This document shows, piece by piece, positions 37,106 through 50,517 of a stretch of DNA of 64,000 nucleotides. Under the pieces are notes generated by a model, which had not been told where the DNA came from, ran no database searches, and was given only the letters and a program-made list of their open reading frames with translations. The position numbers and the translations under genes are program-made. Where the stretch lies: contig OY740808.1 in assembly GCA_963514005.1 (NCBI GenBank), positions 14,570,001-14,634,000 on the forward strand. Direction: 5' to 3'. Origin of the DNA: Raja brachyura (Eukaryota). The stretch's first letter is position 1; the number at the start of each line of letters is the position of its first letter.

Positions 37106-39899
37106 TTTAATGGATTGTATCAAAGCTGACAAATGTTGTGAATGTTCTTGGATTGCGAATCAGCTGGGAGGAGGATACTTCCAAGAATGTCCCCACCCTC
37201 ATGGACAGCAGAGGCCATCTTAACGGCAAAGCTGAAGTAGCCAACCATGTTCAGCCAGAGGTTCTAAGTGGATGAGGCTTCACGGGAAATGGCAAAGGAG
37301 GCCATTGGGCCCACTATGCCTATTCTCGTTAAAGAAGAACTCCCCAGCCTCATCCCATCTTCCTGCATTAGGCTCATAGCTTTGCAGGTCACCACTCTTC
37401 AAGTACACATCCAAGTACTGTTTAAATGTAGCCAATAGGTCTGCCTCTTCCACCACTTCAGGCAGTGAGTTCCAGATCACATCCTCTGGCTGCAATATTT
37501 TCTTAATCTCTCCACATTAATCCTATTAATTTCTTTAAATCTACCTGCTTTTTAACCACGCTGCTAAGGGAAATTGACTATTTCTATCAATGTCCTCTAT
37601 AGTTTTATACCCTCCAGTTGTTTCTCCCATTAACTAGAAGACACAATGGCCAATACTGAGGTCACAATGTGTACATTGAGCAATAGTGAGGCAAAACATC
37701 ACTGCACAGGGAACAAGAGTTTTCCAGATTGGCTCCCAGCTGGGAAAAGATAGAGTTCATAATGAAGTAGAACATGGCTTTCCTTAATTATTGAAGGCTT
37801 GTTCCAACCCATTATGATTGTTGACCTTCTTAAAGCCTTCCCTCTTGCAAATATTGATATTCCTAGGGTCCAGTAATAATTATACAAATACTACACATAC
37901 TTTCAAATTATTGACCACGCATGGGACTCCTACAGTTAATGACACAAGTTTGGGACATTCTCCTACCAACAGTTTATGACACACTCTGGGGACCCCCTTT
38001 TCATACATGGAAAAAAGTATGCAGTGAAAAAGTAGAAGGGCAGAATATGTTTTAATGTTGAGTGGTTGTCAGTGTTGGCATTCAGAGGGACTTGGGAATC
38101 CTTGTACGTCACCAAAACAATATCCAGAAGGTTCAGCCAATACCAATAAATAACTGGAGTATTGTGTGCAGATCTGGCCTTCCTGCCTAAGAAGGATATA
38201 CTTGGAAATGCTGCAAATGTTCATCTGATTGATTCCTGTATTGACAGATATCAAGTGTTTATTTGCCATCGCACCAGCAATGAACCGGAACAATGAAATC
38301 TTTATGGTGCAACTTTACAGACACATTAGACCCAACAACAACAAATAAAATAAATACATGATAAACTATCAGTTATTCTAAGCGAACTAGACCGTGATAG
38401 TACAAAAACCTATAACATTGTGCCCAGAACTGAACACAATGCTCTAAATGCGACCTCACTGACGTCTTATATGAGACTTTGATCTCTCAAAGAACACCCT
38501 GGCCCTTAAACTTTTTTATCACTTTCTCCAGATGTGAAATGCTGTAAAACTATTTACTGCACTATGGCTATTCTCTTTGCACTGCCTGTTGTACGTCTGC
38601 ATGGCTTACTGTATTTATGTATAGTATGATTTGAATGGATAGCATGCAAAACAAAGTTTTTCACTATATCTTAGTACACATGACAATAATAAACCAATAC
38701 CATCTAGAAAGGACACAGAGTGGTCCTGAGGAACATCACAAGAATGCACACAAGATAGAGGTCTGTGGCATACTGCACGAGGGAAGAAGTCACTCTGTTG
38801 TACAATGCTTCAGCGTTTGAGAGCTGGTGCAGACACATGGAAGAAAGGGTGATCAATTTCTTGGTATAGGAGAACATGAAAACATCCACCCCAGTTATGA
38901 CTATTGAAACAAATTCAATATCTAAGGAAAATAAAAACATGACTAGAAATACCCAGCAAGTCAAGCAGCATCTCTGTGGAGAAAAACAGTGTTAGTTTAT
39001 ATCTCCTAAGATGCCACTTGACCTGCGGAACATCTCCAGCTCTTTCTGCTTCTATTTTAGATTTCCACCCTGTGCAGTATTTTGCTCTTGGATAACTGTC
39101 CAAGGGAGTTTGATATTTAAGACATGCCAGCTTCACATGTAACAAATAGAACAGTTTAATTTTTAGGTACATCGATGTACCTGTAGATGATTGCATTGCA
39201 GAGTTTGACATCATTTTTGGTCCAAGATAGTGACATTGGTTAAATGATCCATTGAGAAGTTTGGCATGTGTTTGGTTCTTTGCTGGAACGTTATTCCAGC
39301 ATAAGATCTCAGCTTGGCTGCTCTTTGTGAACCGTGGCTCTGCACTGTTGGCTGTGTCAGATTACTGCAGCAACTTTATCAAAGCAGCCAGCTGTTTATC
39401 TATCACCGACAAACTGTACTCATAAAGAATTTTACAATTTAATTAATTGTGCTGATAATTTCCTTCTTGCTCTCCCCTTCACATGGTCCATTTCTGACGT
39501 TCTTCTTTCCCTTTGGCTCCATCTCAGGAGATGGACTTGATGCAAACATCCATTGTAAGACTGCCAACCCCCAGTGCTTTCTCAACTGCTCTTCATTGCA
39601 CCGTGCCTCCTGTAAGGATTATATTCCCATTCACTCATTGGGCAGAGTTGGGTCCTCAGTGGCTGCCAGTTGGATGAAATGGCCAAGTAGTGCGCTCACG
39701 ATCTTCAAACCCCAGGCACAAGCACATGGCTGTAGCCCATGGGAGGCCACTGCCTTTGCTCCAGGAAGAATTGAAGGATCTTTAGACCTTCTTGATTGCT
39801 TCTAAATTCATAGCTCCTAGATGCATTGCTCCTCTGTTAGTTTGACTGCTGGATTGTGGACCTCCTAGACAGAGCTCTGTGCAATGACCTCTTGTACAG

Positions 39900-40155
39900 A
39901 AGGCACGGTGCGATGATGAGCAGATCCTGACTGTGGGTGCTGTCTGTACAGAATTTGTACATTCTCCCTATGACCCCATAGATTTTCCCCAGGTGCTCCA
40001 GTTTCCTCCCACACTCCAAAGACGTACAGGTTTGTAGGCTACTTGGCTTCATTGAAAATTGTCAATTGTTCAAGGGCTAATGTATGGTGATCGCTGGTCG
40101 GTGTGAAATCGGTCGGCCAAAGGGCTTGTTTCTGCGATGTATCCCTAAACTAAAC
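39900..40155 (+). mobile_element. HE1-like V-SINE
   Basis: V-domain and CTAAACTAAAC tail. Confidence 0.8.
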
Positions 40156-40429
40156 ATAGATCACAAAAGGGCAGGTGTAGCTTGGGGTTATGCAAAGTTT
40201 CACAGTTATACCTTTGATCTAAAGGAGGTAAGTGGAGTTGAAAGATAAGTTGTTCAATGTGAGAACAAGTTCAACTAGGTGTTGGTAAAAGGGAAGTAGG
40301 CCTTTGCTTCAGGAAAAAATGAAGGATCTTTAGACCTTGATTTAGGATGGATGTGTAAGGGATTGTATGATCCATGATAAAATAGTTTGAAAATAATCAG
40401 AGTGGTGGAGGTCACAAATATAATTTGGA

Positions 40430-42170
40430 AAGGGCTTGGACCAAAGGGGTTAAGCCAAGAAGATACAATTTAGGGGGCAAGACCAGGCCAAAACAATGGA
40501 TCTGCAAAGGCAGTCTGGCTTGTGGATTTTGGACAGGAAATAGTTGCTGTATGGGGTTGGGACACGATAGAGCTGGAGGCTGTGACAGGAAGATCTCATA
40601 AGGAAATTATGTTTTTGACTGGTTGGGAGACCTGATTTGTGACGGTGGGGTCATGCTCCGAAGGGAGGTATGGGGAGGAATCTGAGAGTTGCCGCCTGGC
40701 TTCTGCCAGCTAGAGGTCAGTTCACCACCCTTGTCAGTGGGTTTGATAATGAGATTGAGGATGGTTTGTAAATGGAATGCAGCAAGTTGAGGAAGAGATA
40801 ACTTAGAGCATGAGAAGAGAGTTGAAAAGTCAAGATGGTCAATGATGCAATGTCAGTTAGATGTAGAGAGGGTAAGTAGCCAGAGGGAGAGGTCCAAGTG
40901 GATGGGGAGTACCGAAGACGAGTGAAAGTAGGTATGTTACAAAACTTACCTTGAGCAGCGCTGCAGTTCTGTCGCTCCCCGTGTGCGTGACTTTGGTGCC
41001 TTTCAGAGGGAGGCGTGTTTAAAGTGCCGTTTTTCTACAGACAGGGCAAATCGATCCATGTCAGGGGATTTTGTTGCTGAAGAAAAATCGCTCTGACATT
41101 TGTTTTATGAAGGTATTTTTAAATTACACTAGATTATTTATTAGCTAGAGTAATTTAAAAATGATCTAAACCCGTGAGCGGCGACAACGGGAAGGATTTT
41201 ACGTAGGGGAGAAAAAAAGGTACACAGTTTATTTCTACATAAAAACGTGGTTCTTAGGAAGCATTTAATTACATTTTCATGTTGCGAAATGGGGACAAAA
41301 AAAATATACGAACCGGCAATATTTTTCCTGCCGACTTCACCGCAAACCTCAACGTTCTAATCCACCGCATTCCACTAAAACCCACTCGCAAGTTGATTTA
41401 AATGGCCATTAATTTACAGGAATTAAACACCAAATTCCTTCCATTTGGCCTATAAAGTCATGAAAATAAGATTTAAAAATCATGTTATATTGTGAATTAT
41501 TGTGTGAATGTTATTTGGACACTTAGGCAACTTAAAAATGTTTATCTTTTCTTAAGAAATGGATAGATGTTTAGATCTAGTAATTGAATTTTGTAATTAG
41601 CTACAATTAGGTAACTAACTAATTATATGCTTTAATTTCAGGTCATCCAAGTAAGATTGTTTCATATTTGTTTCAGAATGCTTCAATCTATAATAACTGA
41701 AAATTTCATTGAGTTCTCTTAATTTTTAAGAAAGTTATGGGCATTTGACTGTCCTAGATCACAGCTTTTGAGTGAAGTCAATGGAAAGGCAATGGGGAAT
41801 AAGATGCTAATTTCCAAGTATGAAAATGGCCATAACGTTTTTAATACTGAAGATATGTAAGTGATTTAGGTGTCAAATTAAACTTCTTTTTTGCATTATC
41901 TGATGGGATAAATTGCAGATTTGATTTTTTAAATCTCAAAATGGTGTAGCATTGCTAGTGAAAGGGTCCATGGTTTGGGGTGAAGGCTCATGGCCGAAGA
42001 GTAGGCATGGAAGTGGAGACAGGGAAGAAGAGCTCAATGTCATGTTTAGCTCAGAATCTATTGAAGATTGGGATGGAGGGTAACAATGCCGAGTTCTCCT
42101 CTGAAGTCTGATCATTCGGAATGAGAGAGCAGAAGATCCGAAAGGATAGTGAAACTAAACAGGCTGCGAC
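40430..42170 (-). mobile_element. Decayed Penelope-like RT fragment split by a 1-kb insertion
   Basis: Minus strand NLIIKPTDKGG..LAEARRQLSDSSPYLPSEHDPT near 40640-40760, the PLE IKPADKG motif; the host appears to resume after 41957. Confidence 0.7.
40929..41957. mobile_element. Non-autonomous DNA transposon (~1.03 kb, AT-rich)
   Basis: Direct repeat (A)GTGAAAG on both sides (40921-40928, 41957-41964); imperfect TIR TAGGTATGTTACA / TGTAGCATTGCTA. Confidence 0.7.
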
Positions 42171-44489
42171 AGGGGGCTAAGAAATGTGAAGGAGAGTAAG
42201 ATCCTGAGGGATATTAGCATGCAAGAGCTTCTGAGTTTACAATGTGATTTTCCAACCGCACTGACTTCATTTAGTTAAAAGAGAGAAATTGACCCACTCC
42301 CTACACCATTAATCCACCATGGCCTAAAAATATTCAACAGTTCTACTTCCAATGCATTTTGAGGAACGGGATCCCAAAATACTCACAGCCCTCTGAGAGA
42401 AAATATTTGCCTCGTCTCTGTAATAAAAGGATGTATTTCAAGACCCATATGTGCTTAATTAACCCTGGGGTGGGTAGGGAATACTCTAAAAGTGTACTAG
42501 TTTTGTCATGGTCACAGACAACTGGCGTATGCCCATATATACTAATCCTACATTAATCTCTTCTTTATTCCCCCTACACTCCCATCAACTCCCCAGAGAT
42601 TCTCCAACTTATCCACACCCTTGGGGCAATTCACAGCAGACAAACGACCTGTGCATTTTTAGGATGTGGGAGGAAGTCGGAGAATCCGGGGCAAACCCCA
42701 CTGTCACAAGGAGAACATGCAAATTTCCCACAGAGAGCGTAAGGTCAGGATTGAACTTGGGTCTCTGGAGCGGTAAGGCAGAGAGTCCACTGTTACTGCA
42801 GCATCCGTGGTGTTTCCCACAGATGCATAGAACTTAACAATGATGAGGCTTTTGAACATTTGGCTTTGACACATCTGTAACAAAATCTTGAGATAAAACT
42901 AACTTGAGAGGTGTTATGTGTGTTTCCCATGAGATAATGTCAGCTTATATCGATAAGAGAGGAATTAGAGGAATGAGTCTGGGTCAATAATAGCGAGGCA
43001 AAGCATTCTGAAATTTAAAAAATCCTGTAATTCAAATTTCAATAGAACTAAGCTTGGTTCAAAGGAGCGAGTGGGAAAAAAAGGGGACGAGAGAACGGGG
43101 AAGAGGGGAGCGGAAGGAAGGGATGAGAGGGGAAGGGAAGAAGATTGATGGAAAGCAGGGAGCAGGGGCAAGTCTGAAAAGGGAGTAAAAGGAATGAGAA
43201 AGGGGAAGGATGGGGAGAAGGAGTGGTCCTGAGGAAATTAGGGAGGTTGAAGGAAGGGGCTGGTGATGGAGAGTGGAGGGTAGAGAGAGGGGAAGGGAAA
43301 GTGAAAGAGGCTAGCGAGAAGGCAGGTGAAAGGTGAGGAAGAGAGAGTTGCAGAGAATTAAAAGTGCTGAAAATGAAGAAGCAGCATTAAAGTTTCAGGG
43401 TGAGGATTTTCCATCAGAAATGGGAATGGTTAGAAATTTAACAACTTAAGCAAGGACAGAGACGGGGAAGGTGGCAGAGGAAGAGAGAACAAAAGGGAAT
43501 GTCTGGGACAAGGTGGCAGTTGGGGGGGATTTAATGACAGAAGGGTTGATTGCAGAATGAAAGGATGGTAATGGGATAAGTAATGAAACAAAAGCTGAGA
43601 CAAGGAGAGATGTAAACGAGAGGCCAACAGCCCCCAGCGGCTGCTGCTGGGCGAGTGCAACGCTGAGTGTAATCTGCAACTATTTCCTGAAAATTAGTTT
43701 ACGATGAGCTTCATTTGAATAGTGTGGGAAAGCAGGGGTGGAGAGATTAGAATGGAGAACTAAAGAGATTACTGCCAGGTACACCACAGTGAAATTCTTG
43801 TTCACATGAAGCTCACGGAGTAAACAGTACACATCCAGTAATGATAAATACGACAATAAATACAATGATGACTACAAAACAGCAGAATGGTGCATGTGTG
43901 TGCAAGAAAGGTCTGCAACTAAGAGTTTTGGTGATAAGTTTATGAACTAAATACCCTAGCAAAGTCTATGAAACCACTACCAAGTCCTTTCAATATCTTT
44001 TGGCCTCCACTAACAGATTATTCAGAATTATTTTTACTGGATGTTTAGTATCGGCGTCAACCAATAATTTAGCCAGGATTTTAATAATACTGAGGCAATA
44101 ATGATAGGCCAACTATCAAAGTTTATCAACCTAATTGGGCTATCTGCCTTTGGAATAAGTGGCTGCACTAATGTCTATTTTAACAATCTCATTTAAGCCA
44201 GGTAGTCTAGGCTGGGTGTGACATTCTTTTCATGAGGGCTTCAGGTCAATGAAGCCACCACCAGCCGCTTCCTCAGCCGCACCTGATGAAACCATCCCCG
44301 CCCACGCACGGTTCTCAACCACGCCTGCCGACGCAACCTACCACCGCCTGTACTGCTGTATTGAGATAATGGAGCTTTGTAGCTTAGGGCAGGTAAGGCT
44401 TTGGTATAATGTTTCAACTGAAAAAGAGCACATCTGTCAGTGCAGTTCTTGCTCGGCCTAAATTTAATTGTTGGGTGTCCACACATGAA

Positions 44490-44568
44490 CTCTACACTAT
44501 CACTCGGCTATGGCGGACAATAATCAATAACGGTCACCACCATGGTCCGTTATAATGAGGGTTTACTG
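44490..44568 (-). mobile_element. Tigger/Tc1-mariner-like terminal fragment
   Basis: GGTCCGTTATAATGAGGGTTTACTG is the reverse complement of TA|CAGTAAGCTCTCGTTATAAAGGACC seen at 60111. Confidence 0.55.
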
Positions 44569-44979
44569 AGTATACACAGTGAATGGTAAGACTAGGAAGT
44601 ACTGAGGAACAGAGGAAACCTTGTGGTCATATCCAAGGATCCCTGGTGGATAAGCTGATGAAGAAGACATATGGGAGGCTTGCCTTTATTAGCTGGGGAA
44701 TAGAATATACAAGCAAAGATTATGGTACATTCAAGAGGAGATTCTACAGATTGGCCCATTATTTAAAGACTAAATGAGAACCTTAAGATTAATTAGCCCA
44801 ACATCAGCAGCTGTGAATGCTTGAAACTATTACCCTCAGAATGATAACAAGGCACTGGGACAATAACAGATTGGGCTAATTCAACATGGAAACAAAATAA
44901 TATTCGACAAACATGTTATAATTTTTTTAAATTGTAACTGAGAATAAATAAAGAACCAGTAAATGTGGTATTTTTGGAT

Positions 44980-45688
44980 TTCAAGATTCAAGATTCAATT
45001 TAATTGTCACATGTACCAATTAAGGTAAAGTGAAATCTGAGTTACCATACAGCCATACTAAGTATAAAGCAACAAGGCATACAGCCACATAAAATAAAAT
45101 GTAACATAAATATCAACCACAGCATAATCCACATTCCTCGCTGTGATGGAAGTAACAAAGTTCAATCATCTTCCTCTTTGTTCACCCGTGGTTGGGGTTG
45201 TTGAACCCTCCACAGTCGCCGCTGCTGACGGTCCAATGTCCGAACCCTGTTGGCGGGATGATCGATACTCCGGCGTCAGGATGGATGGAAACACTCTCCG
45301 CCGCATGGAGCACCCGAGTCAGCCACTTCTTACGAGAGACCGTGGGCTTCACGGTGTTAAAGTCCACAAGCCCCGCGGTTGAAGCTCTCCACAATCCTCG
45401 GCAAAGGATCGCAGCTCCCGATGTTAAAGTTCGCGCTATCCCGCGGGTTGAAGCGCCGTGCCGGTCTCCATTAAGGCCGCCAACTCCACGGAAAATTGCA
45501 TCTCCGTTGAGGTAAGGGATTGAAACAAGTTTCCTCCAAATTCCCCTTCTCTCCCCCACATAAAACAAACCAGTAAAACATACATATGTTTAAAACATAC
45601 TTTTAAACATATTTAAAATAATAAAAAACAGTAGAAAGAACAAACAGACTGTTGGCGAGGCAGCCAGTGCTGGTGGCGCCACCCGGAA
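44980..45688 (-). mobile_element. ~0.7-kb non-autonomous retroposon inserted in a CR1 fragment
   Basis: 5' end CTTCCGGGTGGCGCC, GC-rich body, 3' ACAATTAAATTGAATCTTGAATCTTGAA tail; 3' part similar to 58285-58460. Confidence 0.6.
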
Positions 45689-46084
45689 GTTATTAAACAG
45701 AACTAAAGTGCTTGTGATTATGAGTAGTGTTTTGGCATGGACAAGGATTGTTTAATGAATAGAAGGCAAAAGATAGGAATAAACAGATTATTTTCAGTGT
45801 GTGACGTTGTGACTGGCGGGTGCTGCATGGATTGGTGCTGGGGTTCCAGCCATTCACAATCTTTGCAGTGATCAGATTGGGAAGAGAATATCCAAGTTTG
45901 CTGATGATACAAGACTCGGTGGGTGTTGGCCCATGCAGAGGATTTAGAGGGAATCGGGGACCTATGTCATTTAATGGCCATTGAATTAGGACATAATATA
46001 TGGAGTATAATGGCTCAGGACTGAAAGATAAATATGGGAGTGGGAAGGGGAGTTAAAAAATTAGCAACCAGGAGCTCCAGTAAA

Positions 46085-46800
46085 CTTTGGCAGATCAAGC
46101 ACATCTTTGGGCAAAACTGTTCCTTAGCCTATGTCTATCTCGCTGATCTAAATGAGGCCATATTGGGTAGGAGGTATTGGGACAGGTGTTACATCTGCAG
46201 TTGCAGGGGAAAATACTTGGGGAGGGGGTGGTTTGGGTGAGAAGAGATGAGTGAACCAAGGAGTCAAACCAAGGAACAACTCGCGAAGGCGCAGTCCCTT
46301 CTGAAGGTGGAAAAGGGTGTGGATGTGACATGGTGGGATCACGTTGGAGGTAACAGAAATGTCAGAGGATGATGTGTTAATGCAGAGGCTGGTGTAATGA
46401 AAGATAAGCACCAGAGGAACTCTACCCTTCTTCCATCAGAGTGGAGGGGGAGCGGGAGCAGAACAACGGGATACAGAGGAGATGCGGGTTCAGGGACCAA
46501 TCTATGGCATCGGGGGGGGGGGGGGGGGGGGGGGTGGGGACTACATTTACAGAGGAAAGACAACATCTCAAATGTCCTAGAATGGAAAGCCTCATCTTGG
46601 GAGCAGATGTAGTGGAGATGGAGAAATTAAGAATAGGGGATGCTGTCGTAGCAAGAGGCAGGGTGGAAGCAGATAATTGTCAGACTCTGTGGGTTTATAG
46701 AAACATCACGAGACAGGTGTCAGAGATATTCCAAATGAATGCGGGCAGGGTGGAAGTTAGTGGTAACGTTGATGAAATCAACGAGCTCTGCAATGAGTTT
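46085..46800 (-). mobile_element. Penelope-like element fragment
   Basis: Decayed RT C-terminus/linker (F.HLQRDPTMSHPHPFPP) with an internal poly-G. Confidence 0.7.
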
Positions 46801-47861
46801 CAAGAAGACACTTCATCTGCTGTCCTTGAGTGGGACCAGTCACAGGACTGAGCTGAGACACTCAGGTGCAAGCATTCAGAAGCTGATTTCAGTAACCATT
46901 CAGTAGCAATTTCTCCAGTATTGTGAGGATAGTTGCTAGTGTATTGAATGCCCCTTTTAGTGTTGTCTGCAAAGGTCACACCTGCTGGGTTAAGTGGTAA
47001 CAGCTGTGAGAACACGCTACACTTGTGTGCCTGCGGTGCGTCGCGCTGAAACTGTCAACAATCCTGACATCCTCACCGCTGAGGTCCTCGGTCTTGATGC
47101 ACCGATCTCAAACAGGGTGAGTGGCTTCAACACAACCAAAACAGCTCAGCCAACTTCTGGTTAACACACTGGGGACTTGTTCCAATCCCACCACAGCAGC
47201 TGGGAAATTTAATTTCAGTTAATTTACAATCATCAACTATTGTCCTGCCTAAAATGACAAAGGTGTGCTCCACCTTCCCCCCATGTCCCAAAGACATGCC
47301 AGTTGTTAGATCAACGGTGGCTGTAAATTGCCCCACGTGCAACATGTATGGTAGGATTGATAAAAAGGGTGAGGGGAATGGGTTGCAGGGAAATGGGATT
47401 GGTCCCCGAGGCTAGTATAGATCCAGTGGGCCAAATGGCTTTCTGTGTTTTCTCAAATTAAAATGGGGTTAATGTGGATGGGTGTTTGATTGTTGATTCG
47501 ACATGATGGTGTGAAAGGCTTGTTTGTGTGCTGTGTGACTAAGACTTTATTGTATCAATCCCTTTGCATGGATTGTGCAAGAGCTTGGTTTGAGTTTCAA
47601 ACTGCAGTCAGTATTGACCTCTAGTGGATATTTAGGGAAGGTGCAGTGAAGTCGACGTCTGAAGAGCAGGAGTTGAAATGTCCATATAGGCTGATGTCAG
47701 GAATCTGGAAAGGAATAGCAATGTGGGTAAGAGGGATGATGAATTCCTCAACACGTATGTGATTGTGAGCGTACAATGTCGCAGGGCAAGAGCTGGAAAA
47801 TGGGAAGGTCCTTTATATCACCTGTAAGCATTCTTCATTCAGGCTGGAACCTCATCCCTCC

Positions 47862-48065
47862 TATAGACACAAAAAGCTGGAGTAACCCGGCAGGACAGGC
47901 AGTATCTCTGGAGAGAAGGAATGGGTGATATTTCGGGAAGAAGGAACTTGACCCGAAACGTCACCCATTCCTTCTCTCCAGAGATGCTGCCTGTCCCGCT
48001 GAGTTACTCCAGCTTTTTGTGTCTATCTTCGGTTTAAACCAGCATCTGCAGTGCCTTCTTACACA
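47862..48065. repeat. Fold-back Penelope-derived element
   Basis: Arms 47863-47928 and 47961-48026 are near-perfect reverse complements. Confidence 0.8.
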
Positions 48066-48529
48066 CCTCATTCCTCTTGTTCCCTTTCCTGTATCTGGTG
48101 CCACAGACCCATGGTCCTGACAGTGGTGAATCAGATTGGCTCCACGTTTTCTTAGCACATGTACCAAGGTACAGTGAAATACTTTAATACAGTTCAGCAA
48201 GACTATCACCATACACAAGCACAATCCCCCAGTTAGTACACAATGTACAGAACAGCCCACTGAGTCTGTGTGCATGAGGCACAATTTTCAGAGGGGGGAT
48301 TAATCCAACAGCAGCAGCAGCTACTTATTGATTCTGGGCCATGGTGAAGAAGAGATGACCTCTTCAAAGAAGCCCCATTCAGCCATTGGAATCAGCGGAT
48401 GAATGATCAAAGATATAAGGAACTGTGCAAACACTCAGTCAGTATGTGCAAACATTCAATCAGTTTGAAGAAGGTTCCCGACACAAAATGTCACTTATCC
48501 ACATTCTCCAGAGATGCTGCCTGACCCAA

Positions 48530-49025
48530 GCTATCTGAGGAAGGATGTGCAGGCCCTGGGGAGGGTCCAGAGCAAGTTTACAAGAATGATCCCAGGAATG
48601 AATGGGTGAACTTATGATGAGCATTTAATGGTACTGGGCCTGTACTCGCTGGAGTTTAGAAGATTGAGGGGGGGAACTCATTGAAATAATGAATGGCTTA
48701 AATAGAGTGGATGTTTCCACCAGTGGAAGAGTCTAGAACTAGAGGTCAGAGCCTCAGAATTAAAGGAAGTTTCTTTAGGAAGAAGATGAGAAGGAATTTA
48801 TTTAGCCAAAGTGTGATGAATCTGTGGAACTATTTGCAAACAGAAGGCTGTGGAGGCCAAGTCAATGGATATTTTTAAAAGCAGACATAGATATATTCTT
48901 CATTAGTATGGGTGTCAGGGGTTATGGGGTGAAGGCAGGAGAATGGGATTAGAGGGAGGGATAGATCAGCCATGATTGAAGGGAAGAGTAGACTTCATAA
49001 TGGCCTAACTCTGCTACTACGTATG
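48530..49025 (+). mobile_element. CR1 LINE 3' fragment nested in a short repeat
   Basis: YLRKDVQALGRVQSKFTRMIPGM..LGLYSLEFRRLRG; the host repeat resumes at TGACCCGCTGAGTTACTCC. Confidence 0.85.
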
Positions 49026-49314
49026 ACCCGCTGAGTTACTCCAGCACTTTGTGCCCTTTCGTATAAGCCAGCGTTTGCATTTCCTTGTTTCTACACTTCA
49101 GGAGCATGCTGGATATTAGTAAAGTAGGTCAGTAAAATGAAGGCAGGAAGCAAACTGCAAACACTGGAACCCTGAAACCACACCAAAGGAGGATGCAACT
49201 ACTCAACAGGCCAGGCAGTACCTGTGGACAGAGAAACAGAGTTCCCGCTTCAGGCTCATAGCCTTGATAGGACAGGAAAAAAATGGAGAGAACCATTTGA
49301 TCTAATTTCCCATT

Positions 49315-49665
49315 CATAAGTTCATAGTGATAGGAACAAGTCCACGCTGCCATGGCTGATCTATCTTTTCCTCTTAACCCCATTCTCTTGCCTTCTCCCC
49401 ATAACCCCTGACACCTGTACTAATCAAGAATCTATCTATCTCTGCTTTAAAAATATCCATTGACGGACTCCACAGCCTTCTGTGGCAATGAATTCCACAG
49501 ATTTGCCACCCTCTGACTAAAGAAATTCAACCTCATCTCCTTCCTAATGGAACGTGCTATAATTCTGAGGCTGTGACCTCTGGTCCTCGACTCTCCTACT
49601 GGTGGAAACATCTTCTCCATATCCACCCTATCCAGGCCTTTGACTGTTCGGCACATTTCAATGAG
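49315..49665 (-). mobile_element. CR1 LINE 3' end
   Basis: KGLDRVDMEKMFPPVGESRTRGHSLRI..NFFSQRVANLWNSLPQKAVE. Confidence 0.85.
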
Positions 49666-49903
49666 ATGGCCTCACAGGTTATCAGGGGAGTTTACCATTC
49701 AACTGCCAGGTAGGTCTAGTCATGACCTTTATTGAGAACAGGAGTCTGTTGTGTGCAGTGTGGCTGCCACAGTCCAACACAAACATTCTTTGTAAACACT
49801 TAATTCCCCATGGAAAGCTCATTGAATTCATGGGTGATCTGGTGACAACGAATGTTCAGCCAAACACAAAAACAGAACATTTCATGATACTTGCAATTAC
49901 TGT

Positions 49904-49909
49904 TTTATT
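49904..49909 (-). promoter_or_regulatory. Candidate SLC5A1 polyadenylation signal AATAAA
   Basis: AATAAA on the minus strand ~400 nt after the stop, followed by TGTTTTTGTGTTTG; alternative at 49728-49733. Confidence 0.45.
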
Positions 49910-50305
49910 TCTATCCAGAATTTTTTTTAAATCACACATTTAAAAAAAATAATAAATTATTCTCCTTGAAAAAATATCTCTTGAGGGTCTCAGTTGCGGG
50001 GACTGGACGCTGGAAATCCAATGATTGCACGGACTTTGTACGATGACCTCCGAACTGCAGTTGAGTGTAGTGTGTGTACGTTGGTTCCCAGAGGAGGCGA
50101 CTTCATCTATGATTAGTTTTTGGAATGCCAGCAGTTTGATTTTAATTTTTGGAGAAAGAAAAAGAAAACTACGAGGACCTTGAAACAAAGGGACGGTATT
50201 TTGAGCAGTGAAGTAGAGTGTTGTGTTTGAATCAGTCTGTGGAGCATCCATCAGAAGGGAGGGTACAAGCAATGTCTTGTCTCCAGGAGTTAAAACCTCT
50301 GCTGT

Positions 50306-50517
50306 TTATGCAAAAAATGCCCAGAAAAAGACACAGACACACAGTAAGATGATGGCATTAATGTTGACCACATTCCTCCAGAGGGGCACCTCTGAGATGT
50401 CGGTCAGCTTCTTCTGTAGAATTTCCTCCTCTTCTTTACTCATCTTCTGGGCCTTCTGGCCGAACCCACAGAACCAGTTGTAGCCTCTCTTCCAGCACGG
50501 TAAGTCCTGGGGCGCAT
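50306..50517 (-). CDS. SLC5A1: Na+/glucose cotransporter 1, last coding exon
   Basis: cacag|AT..WKRGYNWFCG..MSKEEEEILQKKLTDISEVPLWRNVVNINAIILLCVCVFFWAFFA*; TAA at 50306-50308. Confidence 0.95.

Noticed and set aside
43050-43380. Long purine-rich tract
   Set aside because: Low-complexity, probably decayed retroelement UTR; no specific structure
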